Below are positions 36,249 to 46,248 of a stretch of DNA of 53,900 bases, piece after piece. Both the position numbers and the translations under genes were made by a program. The stretch's first letter is position 1. Every line of letters begins with the position of its first letter. The notes under the pieces are model-generated. The model was not told where the DNA came from and made no database searches. It worked only from the letters and a program-made list of their open reading frames with translations. The stretch comes from a virus (taxonomy: Duplodnaviria > Caudoviricetes): the IMG/VR virus record IMGVR_UViG_3300046167_000027, positions 1-53,900 of that record; one strand, given 5' to 3'.

Positions 36249-38161
36249 TAACTAGCTTGTATGTCAACCATCTCACACGCATCTGCTGTGCAAGCTAGTT
36301 CTCTACCCCCACTAGTTGTATCTTCCTTCTCATAGTCTGCTAACTTAGACCAATCTATAGACTCAGGCATCTGTTTGTATAGTTGCTCATACTCTCCACC
36401 TGTTATATCTTGATAAGGTGCTTGAGCATATGTATGGTCACTAAAGGGTAGGAATGATATACCTGATACTTCATCAAAGTTTTTATATACCCATGCTCCT
36501 ACTTCCATCCACTCATCTTCCTTAACAGACACAGTAACAGAAGGCTTGTGTTCACACCAATGTCTTTGGAACATAAGCCAATACTCTAGCTGTTCTATAG
36601 CAGACATCTCTGTCCTAGTCGTAGCACCTGATGGTGACTTCATAGGAAAGCTGAACACAGTTGTACTGTCAGGCTTCATAACACATGGCTCACTTGGTAT
36701 GCCACTATCTTTCATAAACTGTGTGAGTGGGTCTTTGTTATCACCACGTACAGTTCTGATGTAATAGTCATTGTGTCTAGCATGAATACCTGAAGCACTA
36801 TCAACTAATTGACTAACTGTACCACTAGGTTTGACACAAGTTATAGCAGTTGACTGTGGTATGCCTAAATCTTTAGCCATCTTCTTGTTAGTTTCTACTG
36901 CTACACCCCTTAGTATCTCTAAGATTTCAGGTGTCCACAAAGGACAATCAAGAATACCTGTTAGGGAAACTCCTAATAGTCTTTCTTCTTCTGTATTATC
37001 CTTCCATATCTTACGTAAGTATTTAAAATTAGTAAGAGTTGATTGGAATGTACCTAAGATTGTAGCCATACGTACCTTTTCTTTCAAAGATTCTAAGCCA
37101 TCTGTAACCCTGCACACTACCTCTGTAAGATTACAGAACTGATATGGTCTAAGTATAATCTCACTACATGGATTACAACCAAAGTAATGGTCAGTTTCTC
37201 GTCTACCATTCTCAGATGCTTTAACTTGGGCAGCTTGTCTATTAAAGATACCACGTTCACCTGACTTAGATTCATATAATGATGTCCATTCTCGCATGAA
37301 TGTACCCATCTCAGGCTTACCTTTAAATGCTACAGAGTTGTTAGCTAATGCTCGTTGCCCTTCATTCTCCCACCATTGACCTGACTTAGCATGTCTCATT
37401 TGGTCATCACCTAAATTAGATAATGATATAAGAGCAGAACGTCTAACACCACCTACAACTACAACTTCTCCTATCTTGCACATCAAGTCGTGGCACTCAA
37501 TAGGAAATAGTCTTCTACCTTTCGCACCCTTAAACTTCTCTATACAAAATCTGAATAGTTCTTCTAGTGGTGCAGGTCCTGATGCTCTACCCCCAAAAGT
37601 CTTTAGCCTTGCACCTGCTGGTCTTACCTCTGATGTATCCCAAGTTGGTATCTGCCCTGCATATAACATAGCAATCAACTCACGTAGTGACTTTGACCAA
37701 CCGGGTCTGCTATCACCTACTTTAATTATAGTAGAAGAGTTCTCAAAGTGCTCATTCACAACAGGTAACTTGTCTACATTCTCACGTTCAACAGAGAAAC
37801 CTACACCTGTACCACACATAAGTATATACATACACTCATCAAATGAACGTGGACTATCAACAGGTATGTAGCTACAGTTGTAACCACCTACGTGGCATCT
37901 ATCTAAAGCAGGTCCTGAAGTCATTAAGGCTCTCATGCTAGGCATCACACCTAAGTTCATTATCTGCTCTGTAAGCTTCTCCTTGAGAGCCTTTGTAATA
38001 GTGTATGAATGGTTCTTACTAAGATGATTAGTCATGTAGTCAAAGTATCTGTCTACAGTCTCACCCCAATTCTCTCTACGTTGTTCGTCATCCTTCCACC
38101 TTGCATAGCGAGAGAGTGCTATAAAGTTTTGGTAGTCGGTTGGTAAATAGTTTTGTATCAT
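36248..38161 (-). CDS. nrdJ: Class II (adenosylcobalamin-dependent) ribonucleotide reductase
   Basis: GYNCS, GGVRRSA, NPCSEI, TCVKPSGTVSQL, C-terminal ACTADAC; no small-subunit gene present. Confidence 0.9.
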   Translation of the reverse strand: MIQNYLPTDYQNFIALSRYARWKDDEQRRENWGETVDRYFDYMTNHLSKNHSYTITKALKEKLTEQIMNLGVMPSMRALMTSGPALDRCHVGGYNCSYIPVDSPRSFDECMYILMCGTGVGFSVERENVDKLPVVNEHFENSSTIIKVGDSRPGWSKSLRELIAMLYAGQIPTWDTSEVRPAGARLKTFGGRASGPAPLEELFRFCIEKFKGAKGRRLFPIECHDLMCKIGEVVVVGGVRRSALISLSNLGDDQMRHAKSGQWWENEGQRALANNSVAFKGKPEMGTFMREWTSLYESKSGERGIFNRQAAQVKASENGRRETDHYFGCNPCSEIILRPYQFCNLTEVVCRVTDGLESLKEKVRMATILGTFQSTLTNFKYLRKIWKDNTEEERLLGVSLTGILDCPLWTPEILEILRGVAVETNKKMAKDLGIPQSTAITCVKPSGTVSQLVDSASGIHARHNDYYIRTVRGDNKDPLTQFMKDSGIPSEPCVMKPDSTTVFSFPMKSPSGATTRTEMSAIEQLEYWLMFQRHWCEHKPSVTVSVKEDEWMEVGAWVYKNFDEVSGISFLPFSDHTYAQAPYQDITGGEYEQLYKQMPESIDWSKLADYEKEDTTSGGRELACTADACEMVDIQAS

Positions 38162-38329
38162 TTATATATCCTCGCTAACTAGTTTCATATTACGTATCTT
38201 AACACCTTCTATCTCATGGAAGGATTCTCTTATGTATTCTTCAATCTCTTCATTGACCATACCATCAGAAGGTACAGGGTACTCTTCAGGGTCTACGTTT
38301 AGAGTCATCATAACTTTAACTCTTATCAT
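38162..38329 (-). CDS. 55-aa hypothetical protein
   Basis: MIRVKVMMTLNVDPEEYPVPSDG...; fills the gap. Confidence 0.65.
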   Translation of the reverse strand: MIRVKVMMTLNVDPEEYPVPSDGMVNEEIEEYIRESFHEIEGVKIRNMKLVSEDI

Positions 38330-38621
38330 CGTAGACCTCAATGAGTTTATTCAAATACCATTGTGCTTTCCTTAAGTCCTCTACACCATTCTTGTATCTG
38401 AATCTCCATAGGTATTTAACTATGTTACCTTGTAAGTAAAAGTCAAAGCCATCGACTAACATAGCTTCAAGGGCATCAATGGTTTCGATACCTGCTTTGT
38501 TATAATGTAAAGGACTATTAACCATATCTTTTTCTTCCATTGCTGTCTCCTTTTCTGCCATCATTCTCATGTAATCTAAATGTCTCATGTCTTTTATATA
38601 CTCTTCTTCTGCTAATGTCAA
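38316..38621 (-). CDS. DUF3310 / T7 gp1.7-like protein
   Basis: DMVNSPLHY...IETID...GNIVKYLWR...KNGVEDLRKAQWYL. Confidence 0.85.
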   Translation of the reverse strand: MTLAEEEYIKDMRHLDYMRMMAEKETAMEEKDMVNSPLHYNKAGIETIDALEAMLVDGFDFYLQGNIVKYLWRFRYKNGVEDLRKAQWYLNKLIEVYDDKS

Positions 38622-38968
38622 TGAGTAGTCTCTTCTTTTCCAAAAGTAATATGTATTACATTATCGTCTACTTCAACAGCTTTCTTCGCACCTCTCTCAG
38701 GTATCTCAAAGATGTCTTCTATAGGTAGATGCTTATTGGCTTCTTCCTCTACAGCATCTCTAAATATTTTATTATGCTCCATCAAGGGAACAGTAGAACA
38801 TATCTGCCTAGTAAAATTTAACATAGCTTCAAAGTCTTCATCACTCAAAGGGTTTCTCTTACCTACCATTATACTAAGAGACACATCTCCTGTCCAACCT
38901 TTACCATCTATGTGTGGCTTTACTTGTATAACAAAGTCTTCATCGTCTAAGTATTTATCATTTATCAT
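38618..38968 (-). CDS. Hypothetical protein
   Basis: Coupled ORF in the replication operon. Confidence 0.75.
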   Translation of the reverse strand: MINDKYLDDEDFVIQVKPHIDGKGWTGDVSLSIMVGKRNPLSDEDFEAMLNFTRQICSTVPLMEHNKIFRDAVEEEANKHLPIEDIFEIPERGAKKAVEVDDNVIHITFGKEETTH

Positions 38969-39426
38969 TTTGTTCTCCTTACTTTTTTACCTACAAATTT
39001 AATCATCGTAGGGTGTTTGTTCTTACCTTTTTCTTTTAGCCAATCTTCAGGAATTATTCTATCATAATATCTGAATCCATACTTGTCACACCATTGACCA
39101 TACGTAGACTTAGCACCTTTACTTAGCTTACGTCTGCTATTCTCAAAGATAAATCTGATATCTAATCTTGGATGTTGTTTCTTAACAGCTAGATGTTTAC
39201 GTCTATCTCCTGCAAGAAACCTTCCCTTTGTCTCAATAATAATGCCATTGTTCAGTATAAAGTCAGGGGTATAGGTTCTGTAGGCTAGGTCTTCCCACTC
39301 TATCTTAATAGATTCGTAGTCATACTTATGATTACGTTCCTCTAGATAGAGTGAGACCTTATGCTCTAGTCCACTCCTATACCCATACTTATACGCAGCA
39401 CGTGTTGCCTTGTGAGAAGGGTACAT
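38965..39426 (-). CDS. Endonuclease I / Holliday junction resolvase (T7 gp3-like)
   Basis: YRSGLE...YTPDF...IETKGRF...DRRKH...LDIRFIF. Confidence 0.9.
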   Translation of the reverse strand: MYPSHKATRAAYKYGYRSGLEHKVSLYLEERNHKYDYESIKIEWEDLAYRTYTPDFILNNGIIIETKGRFLAGDRRKHLAVKKQHPRLDIRFIFENSRRKLSKGAKSTYGQWCDKYGFRYYDRIIPEDWLKEKGKNKHPTMIKFVGKKVRRTK

Positions 39427-40274
39427 TATGCCACCTTAATATACTGAACCATCTTAGGTTCTTTTGCTTGTGACTTCTGTGCAGGTAACTCTTTAAGAGT
39501 ATCCCAACAAGAGTGTCTGAAATCACAGAAGGTGCAGTTCTTATTAAGAACAAGATTACCTGTAGCTTTACCTCTAAAGGTTTCTTCTTCAGGCTCAAAG
39601 CACCTCACTAACTCTTTAGCATTGGCTTGTTTAACAGTCTTCTCGATGCCATCTAAGACACTAGTTGTATCTGCATTTCCTGCTGACACGTATTTGAATT
39701 GTCCATTGGACTTGTTCACTACCCACCAACCACCTATGTTTTTACCACTCGCTTTCGCATACCCAACGAGTTGACCTACATAACCAAAGCTATCACCTTT
39801 AGCTAGTGATTCAAACGAATCAAACTTATTCTTATAAGACCAATCAGATGCTGACTTTATATCGTCAACACAATCATCTAGTATAAGGTCATAAGTTCCT
39901 TTTACTTTAGTGCCATCTTGTAGTTCTAAAGCTACCTCTTCACTGTCTTGATACTCAATCTTAGCTTCCTTCAATAAACCCTTGAAGATAGCTTCGACTA
40001 TATCACCAATCATCATAGTCATCAAGAAGCTGTTACCTTTTGGTAGAGCTTTCTCAGGATGGTTCTTATCAAACCAAAGCTGACAAGAGGGTTTACCTAT
40101 GTTAGACATACGTAATTTAAAATCCCCTCTGTCATTCTTTGTTCCGAACTGACGAACCATAGCTTCCTTTATATCAGAAGCTACACCTTCAATAGTCTCC
40201 ATAGACATCTGCTTTCTAGAAGCAAGGACATCTTCGAGTAACTTATGTATCGCCAATTCAGCACGGTGATTCAT
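39426..40274 (-). CDS. PD-(D/E)xK exonuclease (Cas4/RecB-like)
   Basis: LRMSNIG..CQLW, GTYD...DDIKS, GY..QL..Y, CTFCDFR..CW. Confidence 0.8.
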   Translation of the reverse strand: MNHRAELAIHKLLEDVLASRKQMSMETIEGVASDIKEAMVRQFGTKNDRGDFKLRMSNIGKPSCQLWFDKNHPEKALPKGNSFLMTMMIGDIVEAIFKGLLKEAKIEYQDSEEVALELQDGTKVKGTYDLILDDCVDDIKSASDWSYKNKFDSFESLAKGDSFGYVGQLVGYAKASGKNIGGWWVVNKSNGQFKYVSAGNADTTSVLDGIEKTVKQANAKELVRCFEPEEETFRGKATGNLVLNKNCTFCDFRHSCWDTLKELPAQKSQAKEPKMVQYIKVA

Positions 40275-41182
40275 TAGCTTGCATCCACTTCGACAAAGTC
40301 TTCTACTATGTCTTTCATGTCTTGACTTGCGTTGCCACCTACATTGGCATCCCACTCACCTACAATGTATTGATTGTAGTTCTGAATCCATGACATGAAA
40401 TCACCAAAGATTACTTGGTCATCATCAGATAAGTCAACCTTATTGGAAATGTCTAAGGTACTGACAGGTAAGTAGAACACATTACCATTAGGTAACTTAC
40501 GTTCCTCAGTCTCAAGCTTAATGCTGTGCTGAACAGGAAGTCTCTTCAACTGTGCCAACTTAGTGAATGGCTGACCTACAGTTTTAAAGGCATCTCTATT
40601 ATCTACTTCCCATATGAATGGTGTAGACTTAAACGCAACACTTTCACCCTTGTCATTGCAAGGCTCAAGTAAATCTACAAGACCAAAGATAACACGTACT
40701 CTTTTAATCTGCTTGATTAAGTCTTGAGTCTTCTCAGGCAATGCCTTGAAGTCTTGGATGTAACCTGCTGGTTTACCACAGTTGAACCCACCTTGATTAT
40801 CTTTCAAGTCTAAGTTCAATGAGTCTGCCATAACTGTCTTGTGATAGACACCCATAGGCTCACCCATCTTTGCGTTCATATTCTTAACGAACCTCTTATA
40901 CATAAACCTCTGCATGAAAGGTCTAATTGAAGCTGTCTTACTGTAGTAAGTTTCACCATCAGGTATCTCAAGTTTATAAGTACCACCTTCAACTATCTCT
41001 ACGTTCACATTCTTGCCATTCATCTTGGTTTCACCCATGATTGGTGAGTGGCTTATCCTGAAACGTGGTAGCTGTTGAGTCTTCTTAGTATCTGAAGACT
41101 TAGTGCCTTCACCTGCTATCCCCATTGCTTTAGCCATAGCTTCGTAGTTATTCGTATCAATCGTTACTAAATTATTATCCAT
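40274..41182 (-). CDS. Putative ssDNA-binding/recombination protein
   Basis: Between polymerase and exonuclease; acidic C-terminus; strong AAGGAG RBS. Confidence 0.55.
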   Translation of the reverse strand: MDNNLVTIDTNNYEAMAKAMGIAGEGTKSSDTKKTQQLPRFRISHSPIMGETKMNGKNVNVEIVEGGTYKLEIPDGETYYSKTASIRPFMQRFMYKRFVKNMNAKMGEPMGVYHKTVMADSLNLDLKDNQGGFNCGKPAGYIQDFKALPEKTQDLIKQIKRVRVIFGLVDLLEPCNDKGESVAFKSTPFIWEVDNRDAFKTVGQPFTKLAQLKRLPVQHSIKLETEERKLPNGNVFYLPVSTLDISNKVDLSDDDQVIFGDFMSWIQNYNQYIVGEWDANVGGNASQDMKDIVEDFVEVDAS

Positions 41183-41218
41183 ATGTATTGCTCCTTTCTG
41201 TGAGTCAAATGTTTCATA

Positions 41219-41247
41219 GTTATATCAGCTTACGTCTTTAGTGTCAA
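41219..41247 (-). promoter_or_regulatory. Sigma70-type promoter overlapping the polymerase 3' end
   Basis: Minus strand TTGACA-N17-TATAAC with extended TG. Confidence 0.65.
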
Positions 41248-43234
41248 GCCAATTATCACCTATTTTTGCTTCAAGTAATAATGGTACATTGAACTCTATA
41301 TTAAACTGATTCTCAATAATAGATTGGAGACTACTATTGAGTAGTTTGATGAGGTATAACACCTGTGTTATCTCATCAGGGTGTATGTCAACTACCACAG
41401 AATCATGTACTGAATTAACAATACATGACTTGTAGTTGGCTAACAAGTTCTCCATATGTATCAACACAATGGGAACTATGTCGGCAGTAGCAAAGCTCTG
41501 TACAGGATAGTTCTTTATCTGTGTAAAGAAGCTTACTGTGCCGTTCATTCTTCGTTGTACATCAGGAAAAGAAAACTCTCTGCCTGATGGTGTAGATATC
41601 TTGCCTGTCTCTAGAGCTTCTTTAGCCAATCTGGAGTGCCAAGCTTTGATTCCTGTGTACTTTTTGGTAAAGTGTTCATAGTACTCTGCTTCTGCTTTAC
41701 TTCTGCCAAAGCCTGTTGCTCCGTAGAGTGGTGCGAATGTATGTGCTTTCGCATCCTGCCTAGAAGTCGGTTGACCTGCATCTGTAATAACTTTAGACGT
41801 ATACGAGTGAACATCGAACCCTGTAGAAACTTCATTCATCGCCACCTTATCTTGTGATAAATATGCCGCAGCTCGAAACTCTAGCTGTGCAAAGTCAGCT
41901 TCAAGTATCTTGCCACCTGACCAACGTGATACGAATACCTTCTTAACAGGGAACGTACCACCTCTAGGCATATTCTGCATATTAGGGTCAGCACCACTAA
42001 ATCTACCTGTCGCTGTCCTGTGCTGTAATAATCTCACATGAAGCTTACCATCTGATTTAACGTGTGCCTTGATACCCTCTACAAAAGAACTTAGGTATGA
42101 ATCTAAAGCTGATAAACGTTTAACATCTGTCAAAAAGTTGACAGCATCAGGCATATTGACACGCTTAGCCATACTCTGTAACATATCTAAGTTCGTCTTA
42201 GAAACACCAAAGCCATTAGCAGATACCCACTTAGAACTTGGTGCTTTGAACTTCAACCCTGCCACTACCTTAGTGGAGTCAAGAAGATAGCCATGAGCAG
42301 AACAACGTAAACACTTATTTGTATTGCTGTAGAGTACTCCATTCTTTCTTACCTTTCTTATCTGACCTGTACCATTACACTCTCTGCAAGATACAGCTTT
42401 TGTTTTGAATACTATATCTGAACTGTCAGATACAACCTCGTTGAAGTGTTGCTTACTCATATAAGGAGTAAAAGCATTTGCCCACATAGTCTTATCGTGT
42501 GGCTTTCTACTATAGATGACCCAAGACATTTGCTCTGGACTATTAAGATTGATAGGTGTGTCTCCCATTAGGTTACGTATCTGAACCTGTAGTCGCTTTT
42601 CTATCTCCATCTTTTCTGTCTCAAACTGTACCTTAACCTCATCTAGCTTAGCTACATCGACTGCAAAGCCTGTGTTATATATGTGAGCAAGAGTAACACA
42701 AACTCTGTTAGTTAATACAACACACTCCATCAAAGATGAATCAGTAGTCATCAGTCTTTTATTTAACTGCTCAGCTAACTGCTGTGTTGCATGTAAGTCT
42801 GCTGACAGGTAAGAAGATAACTCTTCAGGTGGTATTTCATCAACACCTACACCCTGCTTGAAGTATTCTTTCAAGGTGTCCTGCTTCTTAGTATCTAACT
42901 CATACCTTTCAGCACATGCTTCTAGTGATAGTGGTTGCTTGTTGCCACGTTGCAAGACATACTCGCCTAGCATTGTGTCGAACACAGGACCATCATACTT
43001 GAAGCCACACTCCCATAGCCACATCAAATCATATGCTATGTTGTGTCCTATTAATATAGTAGCTTCATCCAAGTGTGCTTGTACGCCACTGAAGTCATCT
43101 CTATATAAATATTCTTCTCCTTTATCTGTCAAACATCCTACCATGACAAGTTTATTGTCAGGCTCGAATGGGTCGAGATACATCTTGCCATCACGTTTAG
43201 TGACAGTATTTTCTACATCTAATGTAAGTTTCAT
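41225..43234 (-). CDS. polA: DNA polymerase family A with DnaJ-type Zn-finger insertion
   Basis: Exo LDVE/HNIAYD/DLHAT; TATGRFS..PNMQN; DFAQLE; RQDAKAHTFAPLYG; VHDS; insert CRECNGTG...CLRCSAHG (42290-42388). Confidence 0.95.
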   Translation of the reverse strand: MKLTLDVENTVTKRDGKMYLDPFEPDNKLVMVGCLTDKGEEYLYRDDFSGVQAHLDEATILIGHNIAYDLMWLWECGFKYDGPVFDTMLGEYVLQRGNKQPLSLEACAERYELDTKKQDTLKEYFKQGVGVDEIPPEELSSYLSADLHATQQLAEQLNKRLMTTDSSLMECVVLTNRVCVTLAHIYNTGFAVDVAKLDEVKVQFETEKMEIEKRLQVQIRNLMGDTPINLNSPEQMSWVIYSRKPHDKTMWANAFTPYMSKQHFNEVVSDSSDIVFKTKAVSCRECNGTGQIRKVRKNGVLYSNTNKCLRCSAHGYLLDSTKVVAGLKFKAPSSKWVSANGFGVSKTNLDMLQSMAKRVNMPDAVNFLTDVKRLSALDSYLSSFVEGIKAHVKSDGKLHVRLLQHRTATGRFSGADPNMQNMPRGGTFPVKKVFVSRWSGGKILEADFAQLEFRAAAYLSQDKVAMNEVSTGFDVHSYTSKVITDAGQPTSRQDAKAHTFAPLYGATGFGRSKAEAEYYEHFTKKYTGIKAWHSRLAKEALETGKISTPSGREFSFPDVQRRMNGTVSFFTQIKNYPVQSFATADIVPIVLIHMENLLANYKSCIVNSVHDSVVVDIHPDEITQVLYLIKLLNSSLQSIIENQFNIEFNVPLLLEAKIGDNWLDTKDVS

Positions 43235-43245
43235 ATCTTACTCCT

Positions 43246-44469
43246 CTATGCTGTGAACCTTGCGATTCTATAATCAAGGTTACAATTAATCATTCCGTGC
43301 CATCCTGTTACTTTATTCTTAACAACATTAATATGCCTTAAAGTTGCCTGTTCGTCAACCCCTTCTACTTGAGCAGGTTGTCCTATCAGTAACATCAAGT
43401 CAGCTTCAGCTGCTTTTCCTGTACGTGAGCCTTCCATCATAGCTTGGTTAAGAACCTGTCTACCTTCTGCTTCAGCAGACAACTGTGACATGTAGAATAC
43501 AGCACAACCATACGTCTTGGCTATCTGCCTAGCATATATGGCATTAGCTTTCAGCATCTCATCAGGTCTAGAATAGCTACCTTGTCTAGCGAACTTATCT
43601 CCCATGTCAAGGACAACTATGTCAGGTCTCTCCGACTTGCACATAGTCTCTACCCATGTCATGTCTTCACCACTCACGTCTTTAATCTTGACGTTCTTGG
43701 TTATATCCTGATAGATACTCTTAGCTTCTTGTATGTTAGCCTGTATCTTTTCCTTAGGAAAACCTGTTGATGCTTGTATGTATCTGAAAGCAACTCTGTC
43801 ATACGACTCTTCGTTACATAACACTACACACTTAGCACCCTGCCTAGCCATACCATTAGGTCCTACCAACATGGATGCATGGAAAGAAGTCTTACCTGTA
43901 TTAGGTCTAGCTCCTATCTCAATAAGGTATCCTGCATTGACACCTTCTACCTTACGTGCCATCTCAGGTATGTTGAATGTCCACTTCATCTGTACAGATT
44001 GTTTAGCCATGATAGTATCAAAAGATATATCATCCCATTCTATCTTGACTTCAGGTAGGAAGTTATCATTGTACTTATCTAGTAAGTCACGTAATGGTTT
44101 GAGACTTCTCTCTGCACCATTGACATAATCAAAACCTAGATTGGCAATGTCCTCTCCTATGACCTGTTGGAATAGCTTGGACAACACATCCTGTGCCACG
44201 TCAGTACCCATAGGTTGCTCACGTTTTACTGTGTTGAACAGAGAACTATACCCCTGTTTCTGTGCAGTAGTCATAGATGGATTGTTCGCCATGAACAATG
44301 CTTCCACCTCATCAGGTGTTACATCTCGTTTATATTTATTCATAGCATAATCAATCGTGTGCTTTAACTTCCTAGCATCTTTACTAAATAGTCTGTCAGG
44401 ACATTTAGAGCCACGATGGTCGGTATAAAACTCTTGATTCATCAAGCTACGTAGTAGGGATAGTTCCAT
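43246..44469 (-). CDS. Replicative DNA helicase (SF4, DnaB/T7 gp4-like)
   Basis: Walker A GARPNTGKT, VVLD, MSQLS, EAD, KNK. Confidence 0.9.
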   Translation of the reverse strand: MELSLLRSLMNQEFYTDHRGSKCPDRLFSKDARKLKHTIDYAMNKYKRDVTPDEVEALFMANNPSMTTAQKQGYSSLFNTVKREQPMGTDVAQDVLSKLFQQVIGEDIANLGFDYVNGAERSLKPLRDLLDKYNDNFLPEVKIEWDDISFDTIMAKQSVQMKWTFNIPEMARKVEGVNAGYLIEIGARPNTGKTSFHASMLVGPNGMARQGAKCVVLCNEESYDRVAFRYIQASTGFPKEKIQANIQEAKSIYQDITKNVKIKDVSGEDMTWVETMCKSERPDIVVLDMGDKFARQGSYSRPDEMLKANAIYARQIAKTYGCAVFYMSQLSAEAEGRQVLNQAMMEGSRTGKAAEADLMLLIGQPAQVEGVDEQATLRHINVVKNKVTGWHGMINCNLDYRIARFTA

Positions 44470-45214
44470 ATTGGTTCTCCTTTGGGGTTAAGTTAGTTAA
44501 GTTTCTTATATCATCTTCGTTCATGTATTTCAAATCATCTTTCAAACGTAGCACTCGGACATCATTTACATAGGCTCTTAGTTCCTTTGCAAATGTCATC
44601 GTCTTGGGTAGAGCATCAGGGTCTAGTGCTATTATTGCCGTTGAGAATCGTGAGAGATACTGCTTGTGTGATTCGGACAATGACGTACCCAATACTGCTA
44701 CCCCAACATATACTTCACTATCTATAACTGAAGCACTCACACAATCCTCAACAACTACTGCGACCTTACCATGCCCAGAGACAAAAGGCAAGTCACTTTT
44801 TCCATATCGTTTCCATTTAGGTATTCGTTTTCCTAACGACCTACCATTGGCATCCACAACTCTGCCTTCGTGTATGACAGGGAACACAACTCTATGTTCC
44901 TTCACATCATACATTAGCTTGTCATTGTGTATGCCATAGAAACTTTCCCTATCGTAAGGCACTATGTACTCAGGCATTACGAAGGGTTCATTATTCTTTA
45001 CTGTATTACGTGTATGCATCTTGATATCATTAGCTGACAAAGGCATACGTTTAGAGCCTGACAGTTGACATGATAGCTTGTAGCAGTTCCATAACATCTG
45101 ACCCATATTATTAGTCACAGTAAATGTCTTGTAACTATTACATACAGGACAGTTGAGTCTTTTACTCTCACCTATTCCTATATCTAAGTCCTTAATGTAT
45201 GTATTTATATTCAT
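44447..45214 (-). CDS. DNA primase (Zn finger plus TOPRIM)
   Basis: CPVC...CYKLSC; VVVED; LDPDA. Confidence 0.85.
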   Translation of the reverse strand: MNINTYIKDLDIGIGESKRLNCPVCNSYKTFTVTNNMGQMLWNCYKLSCQLSGSKRMPLSANDIKMHTRNTVKNNEPFVMPEYIVPYDRESFYGIHNDKLMYDVKEHRVVFPVIHEGRVVDANGRSLGKRIPKWKRYGKSDLPFVSGHGKVAVVVEDCVSASVIDSEVYVGVAVLGTSLSESHKQYLSRFSTAIIALDPDALPKTMTFAKELRAYVNDVRVLRLKDDLKYMNEDDIRNLTNLTPKENQYGTIPTT

Positions 45215-45236
45215 ATATCACTCTCCTTGTCGGCAT

Positions 45237-46131
45237 TTACTTGCTTGTACCATGATTATTTCGCATTGTCAATGCACTTTCTGCACTAGCATACGTATTT
45301 TTCATGTAAGGTTTAACAGATTGTGGGTTAGCATGACCTGTAACAGACATAATCTGACCCATAGACACCCCTGCTTCCACCATTTCTGTAGTTCCTGTCC
45401 TTCTCAGGTCAGAAATACGTAGGTCATTAGGTAATCCTGCCTGTTCTATGACCAATCGTGCTACTTTTGATAGCCTTTGCATAGTATATGGCGAGTATTT
45501 ACCCTTCATTGTGGTAGGATAGGGTGCAACATAGGGTTGAAAATCATATTCTTCCTTCTGTTGCTGAAGCATTTCCAATAAGTCAAGAGAAATAGGTAGG
45601 TGTACTACACTTCTCCTCTTTGACTGTTGCAAATTTAACACACATTTATCAAAATCTATGTTAGAAAACTGTAACATTCGCATATCACCTACCCTTTGAC
45701 ACCATTCATAGGACATTTGTACTATCAATCCCAAGTTTCTGTACTTAAAATCAGCATAAGCTACGTCTAAGAACTGTGTCACTTGGTCTTTTGTCCATAC
45801 AGTATTACGTGCATGGGGTGTCTTCCTCTTGTAAGGTAGCAAATGGATTGCTCTCAGCATAACCCATCTCCATTCCAAAGGAATATACCTTACGTGCTAC
45901 AGATGTGATAGCATTAGCCTGATAGATTCCACGACCAAGCCATTGCTCATACCCTCTTCTTGCTATCGCACCAGTCATTTTAGTCAGCCTTATTTCTGAC
46001 AAACTTTTGCCATCAACTTCAGTAGCCAATAAAACTCCTGCACAATATTGATAATCATGTTTAGTTTTATCAGCTAACACATTGAAATCATTAGACAAAT
46101 AGTACTTATGTACTAGGTCATGTAAGTTCAT
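45237..46131 (-). CDS. int: Tyrosine recombinase/integrase (split by one apparent indel ~45834)
   Basis: CQRVGD (R), DLRRT, TGH, PY; the halves join as NPFAT|YKRKT. Confidence 0.85.
45244..45272 (-). promoter_or_regulatory. Possible promoter for the primase operon inside the integrase 3' end
   Basis: Minus strand TTGACA-N17-TACAAG with extended TG. Confidence 0.4.
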
Positions 46132-46247
46132 ACATTTACTGCTATGTAAATGCACAATGCTATAATGAGTAGTTTACCATAGTCTAAATCAAACTTGGTA
46201 CTCTCTCCATACTTCTCCTCGAAGTGTGCTATTATTCTATGCCACAT
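46128..46247 (-). CDS. 39-aa membrane peptide
   Basis: MWHRIIAHFEEKYGESTKFDLDYGKLLIIALCIYIAVNV*; AAGGAG RBS; ATGA overlap with int. Confidence 0.6.
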   Translation of the reverse strand: MWHRIIAHFEEKYGESTKFDLDYGKLLIIALCIYIAVNV

Positions 46248-46248
46248 A

